Shown one piece after another: positions 12,364-21,537 of a DNA stretch of 64,000 bases. Source of the DNA: Chloroflexota bacterium (lineage in GTDB: Bacteria; Chloroflexota; Anaerolineae; Anaerolineales; Villigracilaceae); the NCBI GenBank assembly GCA_043805815.1, contig JAZDHO010000160.1:204-64203 (forward strand). Reading direction: 5' to 3'. The notes under the pieces were generated by a model. That model worked only from the letters and a program-made list of their open reading frames with translations. It was not told the origin of the DNA and did not search any database. The position numbers and the translations under genes are program-made. Numbering within the stretch: the first letter of the stretch is position 1; every line of letters starts with the position of its first letter.

Positions 12364-15300
12364 TTGATCGAGACCAGTGAGAGTGCCCGTCCGGCTCCTG
12401 CCGTGGTAATCCGCCCAGGCGGGGCAGGCACGCTATTACAACGAATCCTTCAGGGCGCCGTCGCCGCCTACCTGCTCGCGGCGGCCGCAGCCTTCGTTGT
12501 CTCTCTGGTTCTCGCCAACACCTGGCTGGCGCTTCCGTTCCCGGGGGCCCTGTACAACCGGGACCTGGTGTTTACGAGCGCAGCGCCAATTGGTGGAGAC
12601 CACCAGTGGGATCTTCACCGCCAGGGCATCCGGGAAGGCGACCAACTCATCGCGGTGGATGGGCTGCCAGTTCGTACCTCAGCCGATGTGCGATTTGCTT
12701 TGGGCCGATTCGTGCCGGGCCAGAGCACATCGATCGAGATCCGGGCCGAGGACGGGGGCGAGAGCACGCTGGATGTCAGCCTCGGCGCCTTCCGTCTTCA
12801 GGATCAGACGGCCTATTTCATCCTGCCTGCGATCCTTGGCCTGCTCTTCCTCTCGTTGAGTGCCTGGGTCCTGGTCACTCGCCGAACGGAAACGGCGGGC
12901 CGTGCCCTTGCCATCTTCTTGTCATCCCTCAGTATTGCGGCCAGTGGCTTCTTTGATCTGTTCACCACCCATGTCCTTACACCTGTTTGGATCGTCAGCC
13001 TGGCGATCGCAGGTGCCGCGCTGATTGATCTTGCGTTGTCGTTTCCGAAGGAATCTGCGCTGGCGCGCAGGTTTCCGTTGGCACACGGGCTCGGCTTTCT
13101 TGCGGCGATTGGCACGGTTGGGTTTCCGGCCCTGTGGCTCATCGGATCGGCGCCGGCGAACAGTGCGGCGGCATCATGGCGGGCGACCTGCGTGTTTGTT
13201 TCACTTGCGCTGCTTGCCTTTTTCCTGCTGAACGTCTACCATGGCCTGAGGGCACAATCGCCAGTTGTGAAAACGCAGGCGCGCATGATTGCGGCCGCGA
13301 CTGCACTGGCGTTGGTGCCCTTGTTCATCTGGTCAGCAGTTTCCGCCTTGGGCAGCAAGGATTTCACTCCGTACGTGGTCCTGCCGATCGCTCTCCTGCC
13401 CGTTACCCTGGCATACGCGATGCTGCGCTTCCGTGTCGCCGGCGCAGCGCGCGTGCTGCGACAAGGCGTGATCTATGTGCTGCTTTCCCTGCTGCTCCTG
13501 GGAGCCTATGCGCTTCTAGTCACCGGTCTGAGCCTGGCATTTAGCACCGCAATGCCGGCGGCGAGTCCCTTGTGGATCGGCGGCCTGGCCTTTCTTCTCG
13601 CCGTGCTCCTGGAGCCCGTCCGCACTCGCCTTCAGCGCATGGCGGATCGAACCTTCTTCCGTGGGCAGCGCGCCGTGGACGAGGCAGTCCAAGGCTTCGC
13701 GAACGACCTCGGCAACGCCGTCGACTTGGACTCGGTTTCACGAGTCGTGCGCCAGGCGGTCGCGTCGGTTGTTGACCCGGCAGCCATGCACGTTTTCGTG
13801 CACGACGAGCTGAATGATCAATATGCTGCCATGCGCGACGATACCAAGCGCCCCAGCACAGATATTCGCTTTGGGGCGCGTGGTTCTCTCGCCCAGCATT
13901 TCATGCGAGAACGCGCGCCGCTGCATTTGGACGGAAAGCTGGTGCCGCCCGGCCTGCAGGCAGATCACAGCCGCCTCGCGCTACTGGGTGCCCGGCTGTT
14001 GCTGCCGCTTTCCGGACGAGATCGGCCCCTGGGCTGGATATCCCTGGGCGCCCGACGTGCAGGCCAGCCGTACACCCCCGGCAACACAACCATTCTTGAA
14101 CAGCTTGCCGATCAGGTCTCAATCGCCATTAGCCGCGTCCAGACAGTGGAAAAGCTCGAGCGTCGAATCCAGGAGATGGACGCTCTGACGCGTGTGGCGC
14201 AGGGAGTCAATATCACATTGACCTTCGACGACGTCTTGGAGCTCATCTACGCCCAGACCACACAGATCGTACCCCTTTCTCACTTTCACATCACGCTCCA
14301 CAGGCCCGATGAGGATGAGTACTACCTGGCTTTCGCACTCGAGGACCATGAGCGCCTGGCCGCGCGTGAGAACACACCCCTTCCATCCAACATGGGCCTG
14401 GCGGGCGAGGTCATCCGCCGCGGCCGCCCCATCATCACCGAGAACTACAACCGCGAGTGCAAGGCAATGGGCGTCACGCCCATTGCCGACGGCATCTCAG
14501 CTTGGATGGGTGTTCCCTTGAACGCGGGCGCAGAGTCGATAGGTGCCTTGAGTGTCGGCAGCCGCGATGCGGGCGCTGCATACACTCGCGGGCAGCTCGA
14601 ACTCCTTCAAGCCGTTGCGGACCAGACGGCCGGCGCGATCGTCAAGGCACGGCTGCTCAGGGAAACGCAACAGCGGGCGGCTCAGCTCAGCAAGCTCAAC
14701 GACGTCACACGGCAGCTGGCTTCCACGCTGGAGATGGATCCCCTGCGCCAGAACATTGTCGATGGAGCTGCCAGCATCCTGGATTGCGAGGCGGGCATCC
14801 TTTACCTTCTGGATCAGCCCACTGGCGAGCTTATTGTCCGGGCTGCCGCGGCACCGCTGGCTAACGATATCCTGGGCCAACATGTGCCTGCCGGCATCGC
14901 AAATGCAGCCAGGGCTGCTGCGAACCGAAGTCCTTCGATTGACAACGATCTTGCCCCAGGTTCCGGGGCGCACTTCCTCGACCACACTGGGTCGGAGTTT
15001 GTTGCCCACACAAGCCTCGCCGTTCCTCTTCAAGTCCAGGACTCGATCCTGGGTGTACTCGAGCTGATGAATCGGCGGGACGGCGGTCCATTCGTTCCCG
15101 AAGACCAGGTCCTCATGATGGCATTCGCCGGGCAGGCGGCGGTCGCCCTTGAAAACGTGCGACTCTACACCCTGACCGATCAGGAACTGACCGCCCGCGT
15201 TGAGGAACTCTCGGTGATGCAGCGCATCGATCGCGAGTTGAATGCCAGCCTGGAAATGGACCGGGCCATGCGCATCACGCTCGAGTGGGCGCTGCGACAA

Positions 15301-16395
15301 TCTGATGCGGAAGCCGGGCTCATTGGCTTGCTGGAGAACGGTCGGCTGCGCGTCGTGACAGAACTCGGATACGGCCAGGCGCTGGGAAACGCCGTGGATC
15401 AGGCCCTTTCCCTGGCGCTTCCGGGATTCCAACCAGCGATTGACAGTGGTCTCCCACAGCGCGTTCGATTCGAGGCGGCAAATGTGGGCGGGTTCTTGCC
15501 GGCGACAGATCATCAGGTCGTGATCCCCATCCGACGCGAAGCCACGGTCATCGGGCTGCTGGTGCTGGAGAGCACCAAACCTGCCCAGGAGGATCTCGGC
15601 TTCCTGAGCCGCCTGAGCGATCACGCCGCGATCGCGATCTCCAACGCGCAGCTCTACGACGAGGTCCAGCGTGCCAACATCGCCAAGAGTGACTTCGTGT
15701 CACTGGTTGCGCACGAGCTGAAGAACCCAATGACCTCCATCAAGGGCTATGCCGAGCTTCTGGCTGCAGGCGCGGTTGGTCCGGTGAACGAGATGCAAGC
15801 CAACTTCCTCAGTACAATCCGCTCCAACACCGAACGCATGTCCACGCTCGTTTCCGATTTGAACGACAACTCCAAGATCGAGGCTGGCAGGCTGCGGCTG
15901 GATTTCAAGTCGGTCGAACTCGCGGTTCTGATCGACGAGGTCGTCCGTTCCACCAGCGGTCAGATCGAGGAGAAGAAACAGGTCATCCGGATGGAGCTCC
16001 TCCAGCACCTGCCGCACGTATGGGCGGATCCGACCCGCCTCGGCCAGGTCCTGACGAATCTGGTCAGCAATTCCCACAAGTACACGGCCGAAGGTGGCGC
16101 CCTGGTGATCGGGGCAGAACCTTCCGCCAACCACTGGGATCCCCAGGGCGCCAGCCGCGTGGTTCATGTGTGGCTGAGGGACAATGGCATAGGCATCAGC
16201 CCTGAAGACCAGCAACGAATATTCCAGAAGTTCTTCCGCTCTGAAGACCCCAAAGCCCGTGAGGTACCCGGAGCAGGACTGGGCCTGAACATAACGCGCA
16301 GCCTGGTGGAAATGCAGGGCGGGCGCATCTGGTTTGAGAGCCAGTACCGGCACGGCACGACATTCCATTTCACGGTTCCAGTGGCTGAGGCCTGA
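12364..16395 (+). CDS. giant sensor histidine kinase: TM - PDZ - multi-TM - several GAF domains - HisKA - HATPase
   Basis: 1343 aa. TTG start 6 nt after GAGG. PDZ-like GIREGDQLIAVDGLPVRTSADV...IEIRAEDGG. About 8 TM helices (aa 150-420). Repeated GAF-like blocks. H-box FVSLVAHELKNPMTSIKGY. N and G boxes (LVSNSHKYT, DNGIGI, GAGLGL). Confidence 0.9.
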   Translation: MIETSESARPAPAVVIRPGGAGTLLQRILQGAVAAYLLAAAAAFVVSLVLANTWLALPFPGALYNRDLVFTSAAPIGGDHQWDLHRQGIREGDQLIAVDGLPVRTSADVRFALGRFVPGQSTSIEIRAEDGGESTLDVSLGAFRLQDQTAYFILPAILGLLFLSLSAWVLVTRRTETAGRALAIFLSSLSIAASGFFDLFTTHVLTPVWIVSLAIAGAALIDLALSFPKESALARRFPLAHGLGFLAAIGTVGFPALWLIGSAPANSAAASWRATCVFVSLALLAFFLLNVYHGLRAQSPVVKTQARMIAAATALALVPLFIWSAVSALGSKDFTPYVVLPIALLPVTLAYAMLRFRVAGAARVLRQGVIYVLLSLLLLGAYALLVTGLSLAFSTAMPAASPLWIGGLAFLLAVLLEPVRTRLQRMADRTFFRGQRAVDEAVQGFANDLGNAVDLDSVSRVVRQAVASVVDPAAMHVFVHDELNDQYAAMRDDTKRPSTDIRFGARGSLAQHFMRERAPLHLDGKLVPPGLQADHSRLALLGARLLLPLSGRDRPLGWISLGARRAGQPYTPGNTTILEQLADQVSIAISRVQTVEKLERRIQEMDALTRVAQGVNITLTFDDVLELIYAQTTQIVPLSHFHITLHRPDEDEYYLAFALEDHERLAARENTPLPSNMGLAGEVIRRGRPIITENYNRECKAMGVTPIADGISAWMGVPLNAGAESIGALSVGSRDAGAAYTRGQLELLQAVADQTAGAIVKARLLRETQQRAAQLSKLNDVTRQLASTLEMDPLRQNIVDGAASILDCEAGILYLLDQPTGELIVRAAAAPLANDILGQHVPAGIANAARAAANRSPSIDNDLAPGSGAHFLDHTGSEFVAHTSLAVPLQVQDSILGVLELMNRRDGGPFVPEDQVLMMAFAGQAAVALENVRLYTLTDQELTARVEELSVMQRIDRELNASLEMDRAMRITLEWALRQSDAEAGLIGLLENGRLRVVTELGYGQALGNAVDQALSLALPGFQPAIDSGLPQRVRFEAANVGGFLPATDHQVVIPIRREATVIGLLVLESTKPAQEDLGFLSRLSDHAAIAISNAQLYDEVQRANIAKSDFVSLVAHELKNPMTSIKGYAELLAAGAVGPVNEMQANFLSTIRSNTERMSTLVSDLNDNSKIEAGRLRLDFKSVELAVLIDEVVRSTSGQIEEKKQVIRMELLQHLPHVWADPTRLGQVLTNLVSNSHKYTAEGGALVIGAEPSANHWDPQGASRVVHVWLRDNGIGISPEDQQRIFQKFFRSEDPKAREVPGAGLGLNITRSLVEMQGGRIWFESQYRHGTTFHFTVPVAEA

Positions 16396-16397
16396 CC

Positions 16398-17576
16398 ATG
16401 GCGCTTACTGCCGCAGTCGGACTTGGCCACGAAGTGGACGGACGCGAAGCCGGACTCCAGGCCGCGCACCAAGCCTTGAACGGGCTCGGCGTGGCGACTC
16501 CGGGCCTTGCAATTCTGCTTGCATCCAATCACTATCTGCCGCGGGACGTCTTGAACGGTGCCATCAGCCTGCTGGGCGACACGCCGCTGATCGGCTTCAG
16601 CACGCCGGCGGGGTTGACGAATGCGGGTCAACACCCGCATTGCGTAACCCTGGCGGTCCTTGCCGGCGACTTCGAAGCAAGGTCGCACTGGTTTTCCGGA
16701 TATTCCCAATCCGGCCGCGAGACCGCTCAGCGCCTCTCACAGCTGGACTCAAGTCCGGGGCAGAACCAGGCACTGCTCTTCTTCGCGGACGGATTCAGCG
16801 GTGATGCGGAACAGTTCTGTGGCGCGATCCAGCTCGGTTCCCTGCCGGTGGTTGGCGGGCTCTCGAGCGGTGAACTCAATTCCGGCAGCACGTACCAGTT
16901 GGCAGGCAACCAGTCCGGTGTCGGCAGTCTTGCTGCAGCGTTCCTAAGCGGCAACGTTCGCGTCGGTATCGGCCATGCGCATGGATGGGATCCGGTTGGG
17001 AGCCGGTTCCGCATTACGCGGTCGCGTGGTTTCTGGCTGCGCACGCTGAATGGTCGGCCCGCCTCGGAGACGTACGCGGAGCTCTTTGGCCACCCGGCGA
17101 GGGAGTGGGCGTTTCCTCCACTCAGCTATCTGGCACGCCTCTACCCACTTGGCGTGGAGCAGGGTGATCAGCTCGTTGTGCGCGCGCCCATCCGCGTTGA
17201 GGCCGATGGCAGTTTCCGCATGAACGCTCCTGTACGCGATGGTGGAGACGCTTACCTCCTGGTGGGGAGTCGGGCGGGGTGCCAGCGCGCCGCCGCCCAG
17301 GCAGCTCAACAAGCTCTGTTGGCGCTGGGAACTCTCAAACCATCATTTGCATTGGTCTTGGCGGACATCGCCTGGCAGCTCCTGCTGGAGTCCAGTCCTG
17401 GAGCCGAGGTTGCTGCCATTCAGGACATATTGGGTCCAGACGTACCCCTTGCTGGTGGCTACACGCTCGGGCAAATCGTGCCCCAAGACGCTGACGGTCC
17501 TGCCGCCGCCGCCGGGCCACGCTTCCTGAACCAGCATATTGTCGTGGTCGCCTTTGCCGAGGACGGCAAGAAGTAG
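16398..17576 (+). CDS. FIST (FIST_N/FIST_C) sensory domain protein
   Basis: 392 aa. Starts 3 nt after the kinase stop codon. AILLASNHY...LIGFSTPAGL and later GGYTLGQI patterns typical of FIST proteins. Confidence 0.7.
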   Translation: MALTAAVGLGHEVDGREAGLQAAHQALNGLGVATPGLAILLASNHYLPRDVLNGAISLLGDTPLIGFSTPAGLTNAGQHPHCVTLAVLAGDFEARSHWFSGYSQSGRETAQRLSQLDSSPGQNQALLFFADGFSGDAEQFCGAIQLGSLPVVGGLSSGELNSGSTYQLAGNQSGVGSLAAAFLSGNVRVGIGHAHGWDPVGSRFRITRSRGFWLRTLNGRPASETYAELFGHPAREWAFPPLSYLARLYPLGVEQGDQLVVRAPIRVEADGSFRMNAPVRDGGDAYLLVGSRAGCQRAAAQAAQQALLALGTLKPSFALVLADIAWQLLLESSPGAEVAAIQDILGPDVPLAGGYTLGQIVPQDADGPAAAAGPRFLNQHIVVVAFAEDGKK

Positions 17577-17770
17577 TCCGCGAACTCAATGCCGAGCAAT
17601 TCTCCCCCAGCGACGCTTCACCCACCGCGCTCGCGCCTCGTCCCCCTGGCCAACTGTGCGCTTCTGCAGGCTGCAGGGAGGAAGTATGTCAGCCAGATGG
17701 GAAATCGGTCCTCACTCCCGAGCCACAGCGCTTGCTCTGACCTGTCCTCAACAACTGCGCCAGCCCACTG

Positions 17771-19186
17771 ATGATCCGCCCCTGGAGAACCCTCCTCCTC
17801 CTGATCACAGGTATCGCGTCTCTGACGACGCTGGCCCTGCACGGCCATCTGGGGTATTTCAGCCGGTACATCGCTGATGACTTCTGTTCCGCGGGGATGG
17901 CGCGCCGCTTCGGCATTGTGCGAGCCGTCTGGTACTGGTATCTCAACTGGACTGGTCGTTACTCCGCCAGCGCGTTGGACGCCGCATTCGGCCTGGTCGG
18001 GCCCGTCGTCACGCCCTTTATAGCCGCGACGGCTCTGCTCATCTGGTTCGCTGCACTGGCACACACGGCGGCGGCATTGCTCCCCGGAGTGGGCCGGCTC
18101 AGGATCGCCTGGGCTGCCATCATTGCCGTTACCGTGCTGTATGTCACACTCACTCTGAGCCCCAATGTCCCTCAATCACTCTACTGGGGACAGGGCATGC
18201 GCTCGATCGTCCCGCCGCTGGTCCTGAGCACGATCCATGTAGACTACCTGGCCCGCATTGTCGCAAAACAAAGGCCGGATGCGCGCCGCGGACTCATGCC
18301 GATTCCCGGTTTTCTGCTGACGTTCGTGATCGGCGGTTTCAACGAAACGTACGCGGCCCTCCAGTTTGGTGCTCTCACCATCGCCTGGGTGATCGTCCTG
18401 GGGCTGCGCGTTTGGTCGAAACGAAACCAGATTCTTGATCAGCTTCTGGCCGGCGCTCTCGGCGCCGCTGCCGCGTTTGTAGTCGTCGCCATGTCACCTG
18501 GGAATGCCGTGCGACAAGCTTTCTACCCCGCCCCTCCGGGTCTGCTCGACCTGCTGCAAATCGCGTGGGGGAATTTCGCGCCCTTCCTTGCCAACACAAT
18601 CGGCGCTCCAGAGAGGGTGCTGGCGATCTCCGGAGCTGCGGCCCTCTCCGCCTTCATTGGCCTGCAGATTCAGGGTGCCCGGCTCAAGATGCTGGCCGTG
18701 CCGCTCCCCCTCGTTGCGGGATTCGGACTCGCCTTCGCCAGCTTTGTGCCCGCTGCCTACGGGCTCTCCGACTCACCTCCGGAGCGCACGCTGCTGATCC
18801 CCGCGCATCTACTCACCCTCGCAATGGTTCTCGCGGGTGTGGCCTTCGGCCGCTTTGTGGGGCAGCGAGCCGTCGCCGGCCGCCCGCGATCTATGGCCGA
18901 GGCCACTATCCTTCTTCTCGCCGCAGCTCTTTCGATCACTTCTGCCATGATGCTTGACAGGGGGCTGGTTTCCAGCCGGCCAGTCTACGTGGGCTACGCC
19001 GCACACTGGGATGCCGTCAACGCACAGATACTGAATGCCCGTGAGCACGGCGAGGGCGAGATCTGGATCCAGCCGATCCCCAACTGGGCCGGGCTCAACG
19101 AGCCGAACGACAATCCCAAGTTCTGGGTGAATGTGTGCCTGAGCGACTACTACAGCATTGACGTGTTTGGCCTGGACCTTCCCTGA
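17771..19186 (+). CDS. polytopic membrane protein of unknown function (GT-C-like topology suspected)
   Basis: 471 aa, about 11-12 hydrophobic helices followed by a soluble C-terminal tail. I recognise no motif with confidence. Confidence 0.55.
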   Translation: MIRPWRTLLLLITGIASLTTLALHGHLGYFSRYIADDFCSAGMARRFGIVRAVWYWYLNWTGRYSASALDAAFGLVGPVVTPFIAATALLIWFAALAHTAAALLPGVGRLRIAWAAIIAVTVLYVTLTLSPNVPQSLYWGQGMRSIVPPLVLSTIHVDYLARIVAKQRPDARRGLMPIPGFLLTFVIGGFNETYAALQFGALTIAWVIVLGLRVWSKRNQILDQLLAGALGAAAAFVVVAMSPGNAVRQAFYPAPPGLLDLLQIAWGNFAPFLANTIGAPERVLAISGAAALSAFIGLQIQGARLKMLAVPLPLVAGFGLAFASFVPAAYGLSDSPPERTLLIPAHLLTLAMVLAGVAFGRFVGQRAVAGRPRSMAEATILLLAAALSITSAMMLDRGLVSSRPVYVGYAAHWDAVNAQILNAREHGEGEIWIQPIPNWAGLNEPNDNPKFWVNVCLSDYYSIDVFGLDLP

Positions 19187-19303
19187 CGCCCTCCCGCGCT
19201 TCCAGGATTAGCGCTGGCGATCAGGCCGTCTTCCGACCATTGCGCTCTTTCCCGTAGCGAGACACAAGGGCCCCCAGAATCTTCGACTCTGGAGGCCCAT
19301 GCC

Positions 19304-20677
19304 TCACGCCGCAATGCTTACCTTCGGCAGTTCTTGCATGGCCGCCTGGACAGCCTCCTCCGGGTACTCGTGGTCGTCAAGCTTGCCAGCCAGGTAGGCT
19401 TCGTAGGCACCCATGTCGAAATCGCCGTGACCAGAAAGATTGAACAGGATCACGCGCTTCTCACCCTTGATCTTGGCGTCCAGGGCTTCATCGATCACCG
19501 CCCGGATCGCGTGCGCAGACTCCGGAGCGGGCACGATGCCCTCGGCGCGTGCAAACAGGACGGCGGCCTCAAAGGTGGCGAGTTGTCTGACGGCGACGGC
19601 CTCGATCATCCCGGCGTCGTATAACGCGCAGATGCTGGGCGCCATGCCGTGGTAGCGGAGTCCGCCGGCATGGATGGAGGGTGGAATGAAACTGTGGCCG
19701 AGCGTATGCATTTTGACGACGGGCGCCATGCGGGCGGTATCGCCGTAGTCAAACGTATACACGCCCTTGGTGAGCGACGGCGCAGCCGTGGGTTCAACCG
19801 CCATCAGCCGGGTCCGCCGGCCGTTCACCAGGTTCTCGCGCAGAAAGGAATAGGCAATGCCTGCGAAATTTGAGCCGCCGCCCACGCAGGCGATGACCAC
19901 ATCGGGGTACTCGTTGGCAAGGTCCATCTGCTTGAGGGCCTCTTCGCCAATAACACTTTGGTGTGTGAGGACGTGGTTGAGGACTGAGCCCAGGCTGTAC
20001 TTCTTCTTTCCGCCTGAACTGGCCGCTGCCTCCACGGCCTCCGAGATGGCGATACCCAGTGAACCGGGGCTGTTGGGATCGTTCTCGAGAACTGAGCGTC
20101 CGTAGTTCGTCCGGTCGGTGGGGCTGGCGAACACCGTTGCCCCATAGGTCTCCATCATCACGCGGCGGTAGGGCTTCTGCTGATAGGAGACCTTGACCAT
20201 GTAGACCTCGAGGTCGAGGTCGAAGAAGTTGCAGGCCAGCGATAGCGCCGATCCCCACTGGCCCGCACCAGTCTCGGTGGTCAGAGCCTTGGTTCCCGCC
20301 ATCTTATTGAAGTAGGCCTGGGGTATGGCCGTGTTGGGCTTGTGGCTGCCCGCGGGGGACACTGCCTCATTCTTGTAGTAGATGTGCGCCGTCGTTCCCA
20401 AGACTTTCTCAAGCCGCCGGGCGCGCAGTAGCGGCGTGGGCCTGTACAACTTATAGATCTCGCGCACTTCCTCCGGGATCGGAATGAAACGCTCGGTCGA
20501 CACCTCCTGCAGGATCAGCTCCATGGGGAAGAGCACTGAAAGGAAATCAGGAGTGACCGGCTCAAGCGTGTCGGGCCGCAGGACGGGTGCGGGCGGCAGC
20601 TTGCTGTCCGCGCTGATGTTGTACCAGTAACGCGGTAGATCCGACTCGTTCAACAGGAACCTGGTTTGTTCAGACAT
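19304..20677 (-). CDS. trpB2: TrpB-like PLP-dependent enzyme (tryptophan synthase beta, TrpB2 type)
   Basis: 457 aa. Long N-terminal extension RYWYNISADSKLPPAPVL typical of TrpB2. PLP lysine region SPAGSHKPNTA. GGGSNFAG. RBS AAGGAG 7 nt before the ATG. No trpA nearby. Confidence 0.85.
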   Translation of the reverse strand: MSEQTRFLLNESDLPRYWYNISADSKLPPAPVLRPDTLEPVTPDFLSVLFPMELILQEVSTERFIPIPEEVREIYKLYRPTPLLRARRLEKVLGTTAHIYYKNEAVSPAGSHKPNTAIPQAYFNKMAGTKALTTETGAGQWGSALSLACNFFDLDLEVYMVKVSYQQKPYRRVMMETYGATVFASPTDRTNYGRSVLENDPNSPGSLGIAISEAVEAAASSGGKKKYSLGSVLNHVLTHQSVIGEEALKQMDLANEYPDVVIACVGGGSNFAGIAYSFLRENLVNGRRTRLMAVEPTAAPSLTKGVYTFDYGDTARMAPVVKMHTLGHSFIPPSIHAGGLRYHGMAPSICALYDAGMIEAVAVRQLATFEAAVLFARAEGIVPAPESAHAIRAVIDEALDAKIKGEKRVILFNLSGHGDFDMGAYEAYLAGKLDDHEYPEEAVQAAMQELPKVSIAA

Positions 20678-20803
20678 GACAATCTCCTTCTTTGTTTGGG
20701 CACAGAGCGATCTCTAGGTCTCAGGAGTCGACGCACGGGAGGGCGCACACGGCCGCATCCCTTCAAGGCGGGCGAATGGAGCGCTGCAGAGGCATCGCAA
20801 CTC

Positions 20804-20977
20804 CTATGGAACGAAGACTTGGTTCGGTATGTCGGGGCCCAGGCCGTCACGCTGCTCGGTCAGGACCTGCCCGGCGGGCAACGCCCGGTCTTCGACCTGG
20901 CGCACGAAAAGCTCCAGGGAAATCTCCAGCTCATGGTCGCCCGTCGGCTGGAGCTTAATCTTTGCTTGTGGTTCCAC
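20804..20977 (-). CDS. candidate small protein (57 aa) between the T-box and trpB2
   Basis: GTG start 6 nt after GGAAGGAG. Translation is MEPQAKIKLQPTGDHELEISLELFVRQVEDRALPAGQVLTEQRDGLGPDIPNQVFVP. Third codon positions are mostly G/C, as in neighbouring genes. It is below the 60-aa cutoff of the ORF track. Confidence 0.35.
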   Translation of the reverse strand: MEPQAKIKLQPTGDHELEISLELFVRQVEDRALPAGQVLTEQRDGLGPDIPNQVFVP

Positions 20978-21083
20978 TCGTATCTCCTTCCAGGTGCTCC
21001 AGGGGCACGCATTCTCCGCGTGCCTTCAAGTCACGCACGGTCATCCGGCGCCGGCGCCTATCGAACCTTCGCCGCACCCCGGC

Positions 21084-21417
21084 AACAAAAAGAACGCGAT
21101 CGTTCCACACAGGGACGAACGCGTTGGTGCGTGGTGCCATCCAATTTAGGCCGACTCCTAGCCAAAACAGAATCTCCCTGATGAAGCATCAGGGAGAAGA
21201 GCCAGCCTCACTCATCAGGTACGGACCGGCACGGCCGGTCGATACCCCAGCTCTGTAACGGGAGCGCCCGTTTCGGTTACTGGGACAAGCGTCTTTTCAC
21301 CTCGCGGCTCGGAGGTCCATTCAGCGGTGTCGTCTCGGGCAGGCTTCCCACCAGGCGCCGGCTCTCTGATCCGTCGTACAACGCTTACTCGTCCTCGTCA
21401 GTGCCTTTCGGATATTG
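21084..21417 (-). promoter_or_regulatory. T-box riboswitch, Trp specifier (UGG), with terminator
   Basis: Minus strand, in order: GACGAGGACGAGTA (GA/K-turn region); CAGAGAGCC...CTGGTGGGAAGCC (AG bulge and distal loop); specifier loop GAA-TGG-A (codon at 21317-21319); F-box CCCGTTAC (about 21255-21262). Stem III GACCGGCCGTGCCGGTC follows, then T-box AAATTGGATGGCACCACGC (21129-21147) and a terminator stem at 21093-21125 followed by CTTTTTGTT. Confidence 0.8.
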
Positions 21418-21423
21418 GGCGGT

Positions 21424-21451
21424 ATTATATGCAGGATGCCCGGCTTGTCAA
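21424..21451 (-). promoter_or_regulatory. sigma70 consensus promoter of the T-box leader
   Basis: Minus strand reads TTGACA (21451-21446), 16 nt spacer, TATAAT (21429-21424). Confidence 0.7.
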
Positions 21452-21537
21452 GTCCCCGATCTGGGCCGCCGAGGTGTTGTCCGTAAACCCAATCTGCGAG
21501 AGTGAGTGCGGACAACGGAAAACGGAAAGGATCGAAC

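Noticed and set aside
14497-15624. 375-aa minus-strand ORF (and 15700-16368, 222 aa)
   Set aside because: They are antisense to the histidine kinase, which has clear GAF, H-box and ATPase motifs in the plus frame.
20955-21140. 61-aa minus-strand ORF upstream of trpB2
   Set aside because: It starts inside the T-box/terminator element (21084-21147) and has no RBS. The region is better explained as RNA structure.
21140-21420. Possible cobalamin riboswitch (GGTGGGAAGCC, GGTGAAAAG, CCCAGTAACC resemble B12-element pieces)
   Set aside because: There is no B12 box (GCCACTG) in the right place. The same segments fit the T-box stem I distal loop, stem II and F-box much better, and a T-box sequence plus terminator follows.
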